Shown here piece after piece: positions 24,390 through 30,002 of a stretch of 30,002 nt of DNA. Source of the DNA: a virus (Duplodnaviria; Caudoviricetes). The translations under genes and the position numbers were made by a program. The DNA lies in the IMG/VR virus record IMGVR_UViG_3300048072_000107, positions 1 through 30,002 of that record; one strand, given 5' to 3'. Numbering within the stretch: position 1 is the first letter of the stretch; the number at the start of each line of letters is the position of its first letter. The notes beneath the pieces were generated by a model. That model searched no databases. It saw nothing but the letters and a program-made list of their open reading frames with translations, and was not told where the DNA came from.

Positions 24390-25640
24390 ATGAGCCAACG
24401 CATCATCATCGCTGACGTGCTCGACGGCCTGCGGCAACTGCCCGATGGGTCGGTGCATTGCTGCGTCACGTCGCCGCCCTATTGGGGACTTCGGGACTAC
24501 GGCGTCGAAGGCCAGATCGGGCTTGAGAAAACCCCGGCCGAGTTCATTGCGAAGATGGTCGCCGTGTTCTCCGAGGTGCGCCGGGTGCTGCGCGATGATG
24601 GGGTGTGCTGGGTCAACATCGGGGACAGCTACGCCGGTGGCGGGCGTGGTGGCAACCCCGCAGAATCGGAGTTCCAGAAACAGGCAACCAATGCCGGAAG
24701 TCTGGTTGCGCCGTCGGAAGTTCCAACCAACCTCAAGGCCAAAGACCTCGTTGGCATCCCGTGGATGCTCGCCTTCGCTTTCCGTGACGACGGTTGGTAT
24801 CTCCGCCAGGACATCATCTGGCACAAGCCCGCGCCCATGCCGGAGTCAGTGCGCGACCGCTGCACCAAGGCCCACGAGTACATTTTCCTGCTGACGAAGA
24901 ACGCGCGGTACTTCATGGACATGGAGGCGGTGAAAGAGGCGCAGAGCGAAGGGACGTTTGCACGGTTTGGTAACGGCAAGGCTCCCCGGCTCACGACGAC
25001 GAAGGCGATTGCATCAGAGGCGGGTACGGTTCTTGCGAACGCGGACTACAAGAACGCAACTCCAGACGCCATCTTGCCTGACGGCATGCGCAACCTCCGC
25101 TCCGTCTGGACCATCGCGAGCCAGGGATTCCCGGGCGCACATTTCGCCACGTTCCCGCTGGAAATTCCCGAACGCTGCATCCGCGCCGGCACGTCGCTCA
25201 AGGGATGCTGCCCGGAGTGCGGAGCGCCGTGGCGTCGGGTCACCGAATCGAAACGAGTTCCGACGCGGCCGGGGACAAACAGCAAGGTGCGCGTACCGAA
25301 GGGATGGGGCCAGGGCGACGAGCCGCGGACCGCGGTCGAGTTCCAAACCCCTCAGGCAGAAGCGGCTCGGCGCGAGGCGTTGGAAGTTGGCAACCGCGAC
25401 GAGTACCGCCACGTCACGGAGACGGTTACGACCGGATGGAAGCCGACATGCGCCCACGCCGCCGAGCCGATCCCATGCACGGTGCTGGACCCGTTCGCGG
25501 GCGCGGCAACGACGCTGCTTGCGGCGCAACGGCTTGGCCGCAACGGCATCGGTATCGAATTGAATCCTGAGTATGCGGCGATGGGCGAGAAGCGACTGAA
25601 CGACGAGTCGCCGCTGTTTGTAACAACGAGCGTTACATAA
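24390..25640 (+). CDS. DNA methyltransferase, N4C/N6A beta class, with a Zn-ribbon-like insertion
   Basis: TSPPYWGLRDY, WYLRQDIIWHKP.PMPESVRDR, AHFATFP, CPECG...C.H insertion, DPFAG, GIELNPEY. Confidence 0.92.
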   Translation: MSQRIIIADVLDGLRQLPDGSVHCCVTSPPYWGLRDYGVEGQIGLEKTPAEFIAKMVAVFSEVRRVLRDDGVCWVNIGDSYAGGGRGGNPAESEFQKQATNAGSLVAPSEVPTNLKAKDLVGIPWMLAFAFRDDGWYLRQDIIWHKPAPMPESVRDRCTKAHEYIFLLTKNARYFMDMEAVKEAQSEGTFARFGNGKAPRLTTTKAIASEAGTVLANADYKNATPDAILPDGMRNLRSVWTIASQGFPGAHFATFPLEIPERCIRAGTSLKGCCPECGAPWRRVTESKRVPTRPGTNSKVRVPKGWGQGDEPRTAVEFQTPQAEAARREALEVGNRDEYRHVTETVTTGWKPTCAHAAEPIPCTVLDPFAGAATTLLAAQRLGRNGIGIELNPEYAAMGEKRLNDESPLFVTTSVT

Positions 25641-25665
25641 TTTCTGTTATCGGCGGGTCCGAGAA
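25630..25665 (+). repeat. Cassette-junction site E (dif-like)
   Basis: GCGTTACATAA TTTCTG TTATCGG CGGGT CCGAGAA; its TAA is the methyltransferase stop; perfect ATAA-N6-TTAT core. Confidence 0.7.
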
Positions 25666-25680
25666 AAACGGAGGTGCAAC

Positions 25681-26328
25681 GTGCATGATCCAATGACTGT
25701 GTGCTGGGATATTCCTAACCCGTTCAAGTTCCGTCGATGCTCAGTTACGAAGCGGATTAGGTTTTCTCCGCTCATCACGATCTGGCACGTCGATCCCGAA
25801 GCGGACGGAAGTGACGACTCCTGCGGGTGGTCGCGACCGCGATTGACAAAACGGCAGGCCGAAAGAATCAAACATCTTGCCGGTGACGAGGTGTTCAATC
25901 CAGTGTTTCGGAGGGCCAAGTGCAGGACGCTGACGAATGACGCCCAGGCAGAGGCGCTGATGCGCGGCGCGATCTTGATTGTGGCCGACAGGCTTGGAAT
26001 CCGGATCAGTTTCGACGAGGCGTCCAAGCGGGCATCGCTCATGGTGCATAACCCGTTCGACAACTGGAGGTCGTCGCTTTGCCTGATGCCTGGATGGCAC
26101 ACCAACTCAGCAGAGGATGACAAGTATTGGCGCAACGAATGCGCGTTGCAGCTGTTTGGGTCCGTCGCACGGGAGTTGTTGCGCAGTCGTCGCCATTGGT
26201 GGCGACACCCGCGTTGGCACTTTTGGCACTGGAAGTTGCAGGTGCATCCGTGGCAGCGGTGGAAGCGACGCAGGCGCGGCGATAGCGGTTATCAACAAAC
26301 AGCCCCAACCGGGGCGGGGGGCGTGTGA
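25681..26328 (+). CDS. Hypothetical Trp-rich phage protein
   Basis: GGAGGTG RBS; ITIWHVDPE.DGSDDSCGW and WWRHPRWHFWHW motifs. Confidence 0.75.
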   Translation: MHDPMTVCWDIPNPFKFRRCSVTKRIRFSPLITIWHVDPEADGSDDSCGWSRPRLTKRQAERIKHLAGDEVFNPVFRRAKCRTLTNDAQAEALMRGAILIVADRLGIRISFDEASKRASLMVHNPFDNWRSSLCLMPGWHTNSAEDDKYWRNECALQLFGSVARELLRSRRHWWRHPRWHFWHWKLQVHPWQRWKRRRRGDSGYQQTAPTGAGGV

Positions 26329-26522
26329 TGCGACAGATGACGCGCGATGTGCTCACAACGATTCTGCTCGGCCGCGTTCCCAAGCGGCTCGCGCGGTCGC
26401 TGGTGGCCGTAGCATACGACGACCGATGGACACCATCACGCAAGTCGCGGAAGGCTGTCGGGGATTGGCTCAGGTCGTTGGCCAAAGACGCCGAGTGTGG
26501 ACCCGTTCGCAAAGGAGCGTGA
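26328..26522 (+). CDS. Small hypothetical protein
   Basis: TGATG coupling; ends with AAGGAG, the RBS of the next gene. Confidence 0.5.
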   Translation: MRQMTRDVLTTILLGRVPKRLARSLVAVAYDDRWTPSRKSRKAVGDWLRSLAKDAECGPVRKGA

Positions 26523-26523
26523 C

Positions 26524-26841
26524 ATGGGAAAGCAGGAACGCAGATACGAAATCATTGAACACGGCGCGAAGCCGACTCCGGGCGTGGCCCAGTTCGATGG
26601 GTACACGGTGGCCCAGTGGTGCCCAACGCCAGACGGCTCAGGCAGACCGGAGGCCGTCGTTCTTCAGATCGACCTGAACGCCGTGCTGCACATCAACGGA
26701 CGCGTGGCTGACGCGATTGCATTGCGGCTCAAGAGTCGGCACGCATGTAATGTGCTGATTGAGGTATTGGAGAGGCACCGCGACGAAGTGTTTCCGATGC
26801 GAGTAAATGGCCCGAGCAAGTGCGCGACGCCTCGCGAGTGA
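26524..26841 (+). CDS. Hypothetical protein
   Basis: AAGGAG RBS; WCPTPDGSG.PEAV and LRLKS...LIEVLERHRDEVFP. Confidence 0.7.
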   Translation: MGKQERRYEIIEHGAKPTPGVAQFDGYTVAQWCPTPDGSGRPEAVVLQIDLNAVLHINGRVADAIALRLKSRHACNVLIEVLERHRDEVFPMRVNGPSKCATPRE

Positions 26842-26877
26842 ACGCTACATAACCGGCCTTTCGGGACGGTCTGATAA
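26842..26877 (+). repeat. Cassette-junction site F (dif-like)
   Basis: ACGCTACATAA CCGGCC TTTCGGG ACGGT CTGATAA; GGACGGTCTGATAAT is identical to site A. Confidence 0.75.
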
Positions 26878-26892
26878 TAGTAGGTCTGAGCC

Positions 26893-27159
26893 ATGAAAAT
26901 CGAGCTGCACAACGCCTACGTCTGGGATTGCGACAACTGCGGCGCCGAGAACTTCGAGCGCGCGGTCAAGTTCGATGCTCCGCCCGAAGAGCGCGAGCGG
27001 ATGCTGCGCGACATGGGGGCGCTGGAGGATTACCAGACGCTGGCGGACATTGAGAGGGAGACGGAGGACGGGAAAATTATGGCGTCGCTGACCACGTCGC
27101 CGGACCGCGTGACCTGCAAGGCCTGCGGAACCGCCTACGAATCTGAAGATCAGGAGTGA
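26893..27159 (+). CDS. Acidic Zn-ribbon protein
   Basis: WDCDNCG...VTCKACG. Confidence 0.75.
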   Translation: MKIELHNAYVWDCDNCGAENFERAVKFDAPPEERERMLRDMGALEDYQTLADIERETEDGKIMASLTTSPDRVTCKACGTAYESEDQE

Positions 27160-27191
27160 TGGCGGGAGCCACAAAGGAAGGAACCGAACCC

Positions 27192-27992
27192 ATGAACGGA
27201 TTCAGCATTTATCAATCAGCGAGCATCGTTGCGGCGGCGCTGCTCGCCGCCTTGCCCTGTGACCTGGACGGAAACGGCCACTGCGACCTGGCCGATTACG
27301 CGGTTTTCCAGGCAGCGTTTGATCCGCCTGCACCAACTCCGGCGACGTCGCCTACGCCGGCGGCGACTCCCGCACCCGGGCAGATGCTCATCGGGCCCGT
27401 GCGCCTGAACGGCCGGACGCTGGAAGATGCCACGATCACGCTGAACACCGGCAACGTGACGGCCTACGCGGTGGAGCTCCAGGGCGGGGCCACACTGCGA
27501 AATTGCCGCATTGTCAGCAATCAGCACGCCATCAGCGCCGTCGGAGCGGGGAACCGCATCGAAGGCTGCACCATCGAGTGCGAGGGGTACGGGGTCTACT
27601 GGCAGGGATCCGGCGTGATTCGGGGCAACGTCATTGCCGCACGCCGCCGGGATCCGCTGCGTATCGCCAGCGGAGACGGGATTGAGATCTCGGGCAACAC
27701 GCTGCGCCCCACGCTGGCCGCTGTGGCGTTCAGGATCCACGACGTGGTGAGCAACTGCCGGGTGACGGCCAACCGCATCGAGGCTACCAACCCGTGGGGG
27801 CTGGACTGCGGCGAGCAGTACGCCGGAGCGGGATGCACGCTGAAAAATGTGAGCATCGAGAACAACGTGTTCGTGGCCGGCCCGCAGAGCATCCACGCGG
27901 TTCGCGTGCGCACCAAGGGCGTCACCGTTGGTTCAAACACCTACATCGGCGTGTGGGGCAAGTCGGCGGTCTCGATCGAGGTGAAACCATGA
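27192..27992 (+). CDS. Exported protein: signal peptide, dockerin-like motif, Pro/Thr linker, right-handed beta helix
   Basis: AAGGAAGG RBS; IVAAALLAALP, CDLDGNGHCDLADYAVFQAAF, PAPTPATSPTP, repeats IEGCTI / IRGNVI / ISGNTL / IENNVF. Confidence 0.75.
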   Translation: MNGFSIYQSASIVAAALLAALPCDLDGNGHCDLADYAVFQAAFDPPAPTPATSPTPAATPAPGQMLIGPVRLNGRTLEDATITLNTGNVTAYAVELQGGATLRNCRIVSNQHAISAVGAGNRIEGCTIECEGYGVYWQGSGVIRGNVIAARRRDPLRIASGDGIEISGNTLRPTLAAVAFRIHDVVSNCRVTANRIEATNPWGLDCGEQYAGAGCTLKNVSIENNVFVAGPQSIHAVRVRTKGVTVGSNTYIGVWGKSAVSIEVKP

Positions 27993-28468
27993 AGGCGCTT
28001 TCGATCATCCAACCGTGGGCGTCCCTGATCGCGTCAGGGGTGAAGCGGTACGAAACCAGGACGTGGGCGGCCCGGCCGATTGAAGGCCTGGCGATTCACG
28101 CGTCCAAGACGAAGCTGACCAACTCCGAATGGTTTACCAGCGCGCGGAACCTGCGCCCCGTGCTGATGCAGGCCGGGATCACGGCCCACCGGGACAGCTG
28201 GCAGGTTGGCGGCATCGTGGCCGTCGCGAACCTGGTGCGGTGCGTGCAGACGGAACAATTCGTCCACGACATCAGCGACGTCGAGCGGGCCGCCGGCAAT
28301 TGGCGGGGCGGCCGCTGGGCGTGGGAGCTCGCCGACGTCGTCGCTATACCGCTGGTGCCGTGCATCGGAGCGCAGGGACTGTTTGAGCTGACGCCCATGA
28401 TTGTGGCCAAGGTCATAGCAGCGCTGGACAGCGCGAGGGCGGCCGCAAGGTCGGAGCGAATGCCGTGA
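27989..28468 (+). CDS. ASCH domain protein
   Basis: MKALSIIQPWASLIASGVKRYETRTW, IHAS, G.QGLF. Confidence 0.9.
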   Translation: MKALSIIQPWASLIASGVKRYETRTWAARPIEGLAIHASKTKLTNSEWFTSARNLRPVLMQAGITAHRDSWQVGGIVAVANLVRCVQTEQFVHDISDVERAAGNWRGGRWAWELADVVAIPLVPCIGAQGLFELTPMIVAKVIAALDSARAAARSERMP

Positions 28469-28746
28469 GCGCTTTTCCCTCAAGCCTTAGGCCTCAAGAC
28501 CGGAGTTTGGCCGATCCAAAATCAGTCGCAGTTCCGGAATTTATGACCGGCGAACAGCTCGCGGCGTTTCTGGGAATTCCATACTCAGAGGCACATATTG
28601 CGGCGCTGCGAAAGCGGCCTTCCCTGCTGCCGTATCTGCAGTGGGAAGTTGATGGCAAGGTCGAGCACAGCTACCCGCGTGACCTGGTGCGGGCATGGGC
28701 TAACGCGAGGGCCCTGCGTGGCAAGAAACGGGCCGTTGAGCCTTAG
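28465..28746 (+). CDS. Excisionase-like HTH protein (start may be the ATG at 28542)
   Basis: FMTGEQLAAFLGI...LP...YPRDLVRAW; lies directly upstream of the integrase. Confidence 0.65.
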   Translation: MSAFPSSLRPQDRSLADPKSVAVPEFMTGEQLAAFLGIPYSEAHIAALRKRPSLLPYLQWEVDGKVEHSYPRDLVRAWANARALRGKKRAVEP

Positions 28747-28784
28747 GGGTTCCATCCGTGCGCACCGATAGTCACAATGGGTTT

Positions 28785-30002
28785 ATGGGCGCCTACCTCG
28801 ACAAGCGGTATGCCGCGGGCACGAAAAAGGCCTGGACGTGGATCGCGCGCTATCAGGTGGGCGATTCTGCACTCAGCGAGACCATCGGCTATTGGACGGA
28901 GGATTCGCGCGATCCGTGGCGACCGCGGGCGTACAGGGGCCGCAAGCTGAACCGCATGAGCGAATCAGCGGCCCGGTCCAAACTTCGGGAGATAGATGCT
29001 GCGGTGTCGGCCGGGAAGGGCGGGAGGGCTGTTGCGACGCCGTGGGAAGAGTGGGCGCAGGGCGTCGAGGCGCGGAACGATGGGACTATTGCTCCGACGA
29101 CGCTGGTGGACTACGCGTTCGCGTTGCGGCTGTTTGGCGAGCTGACGGGGTGTGAGTCGCCGCGGAACGTCGATGTGGCCATGGCGAAGAGGTTTGTGCA
29201 AAAGGCATCTGTGGGTCGCAGTGTGGCCACGATCAACAAGTACCTTGGGGCTCTGTGCAGGGTTTGGAACAGCGAATTTCCGAAGATGGAAAACCCATTT
29301 CGAGCGTGCAGGAGCGAGCGGGCAGGCGGCCTGAGGCGCGGGAAGATCGCTGACCAGGACTGGCACCGCATGTCCACCGTGGAACTGCGTAAGCTGCTGG
29401 GTGTGCTGGATCAGCGCTGGCAGGCGATCGTGCTTGTCGCCTACACCTCAGGCCTTCGCAAGCATGAGCTGGGCAACCTGACGTGGGCCGATGCGGATAT
29501 GGATAAGATGCTGGTGGGCGTCAACCCTAAGCGGGACACGGCCACCACCTGGGCGTGGTCTCCGAAGGACCACGAGCGGCGCATGCTGCCGTTGGTGCCT
29601 GAGGCGAAGATGGCATTGATGCGGCTGAGGGGGAACGCGGCCGGGCCGTACGTGTTCGTTGAGCCGAAGAGGTACAGGCTGCTGCTGCGTGGGCGCACGA
29701 AGGATGGGCGTGATTCTGGCCGCGAGGTGTTCAACAACTTGAATCGCACGTTCAGTGCGGCGTGTATGCGCGCTAAGATTGCAGAGACGCAGTTCCATTC
29801 GCTTCGAAAGACGTGCATCACGAACTGGCTGGAGAGCGGGGCACGTGGTGCACGCGTGGAGCCGCATGAGGTGCAGCGTCTGGCTGGGCACAGCTCGATC
29901 GAGACCACGATGAGGTATTACGCCAAGGTGGCGGTCGAAGCATTGGACCGGGCGCGTAGGGCATCGACCTCATATGTGGGACGGGCGAACAATGCTGGAT
30001 GA
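28785..30002 (+). CDS. int: Tyrosine integrase
   Basis: Catalytic set SGLRKHEL (R), PK (K), FHSLRK (HxxR), LAGHS (H), TMRYY (Y); SAM-like region SVATINKYL. Confidence 0.93.
   Translation: MGAYLDKRYAAGTKKAWTWIARYQVGDSALSETIGYWTEDSRDPWRPRAYRGRKLNRMSESAARSKLREIDAAVSAGKGGRAVATPWEEWAQGVEARNDGTIAPTTLVDYAFALRLFGELTGCESPRNVDVAMAKRFVQKASVGRSVATINKYLGALCRVWNSEFPKMENPFRACRSERAGGLRRGKIADQDWHRMSTVELRKLLGVLDQRWQAIVLVAYTSGLRKHELGNLTWADADMDKMLVGVNPKRDTATTWAWSPKDHERRMLPLVPEAKMALMRLRGNAAGPYVFVEPKRYRLLLRGRTKDGRDSGREVFNNLNRTFSAACMRAKIAETQFHSLRKTCITNWLESGARGARVEPHEVQRLAGHSSIETTMRYYAKVAVEALDRARRASTSYVGRANNAG

Larger units (their letters stand above)
1..30002 (+). mobile_element. Temperate tailed phage / prophage segment (tail, lysis, immunity, replication, accessory, xis-int modules)
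   Basis: Canonical order tail tube - chaperones with slippery site - tape measure, divergent regulator pair, replication gene with iterons, RuvC-like, terminal excisionase plus tyrosine integrase; many ATGA/TGATG coupled genes. Confidence 0.95.

Noticed and set aside
22783-25640. Restriction-modification system
   Set aside because: No endonuclease-like ORF next to either methyltransferase; they look like orphan phage methyltransferases
20007-26877. Classical integron attC sites
   Set aside because: Sites lack the paired RYYYAAC...GTTRRRY ends and the long imperfect palindrome; the geometry fits an 11-6-11 Xer-type site better, and the window's integrase sits in a normal xis-int context

Overview
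The whole window looks like the right-hand ~30 kb of a GC-rich, long-tailed (siphovirus-like) temperate phage or prophage. The host is probably a Planctomycete (Phycisphaerae-like), inferred from dockerin-like DxDGxGxxDLADY/F motifs and 7-bp intergenic repeats. Gene order on +: tail tube, tail chaperone pair with a -1 slippery site, short tape measure, and Cys-rich tail-region proteins. Next is a block of signal-peptide-bearing decoration-type proteins (including an RcGTA Rcc01079-like spike base), holin-like proteins and lipoproteins with no recognisable endolysin, and a terminator. After that come a minus-strand membrane gene and a divergent switch of two apparent ribbon-helix-helix proteins around an AT-rich operator. 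A long rightward early operon follows: structured leader RNA, initiator-type tRNA-Met, replication initiator with internal iterons, DnaA-domain-IV-like protein, DUF5131, RuvC-like and J-domain proteins, an accessory region (PAPS-reductase-like, two DNA methyltransferases, TGT/DpdA-like, beta-helix proteins, ASCH), excisionase and tyrosine integrase. The most striking unexplained signal is a family of five well-conserved plus one degenerate ~36-38 bp sites at gene junctions between 20.0 and 26.9 kb. They have the architecture arm-TAA / 6-bp spacer / TTATCGG-N5-7-CCGATAA, resembling Xer/dif-type recombination sites that delimit accessory gene cassettes. All family assignments come from motif recognition by eye; no searches were run.
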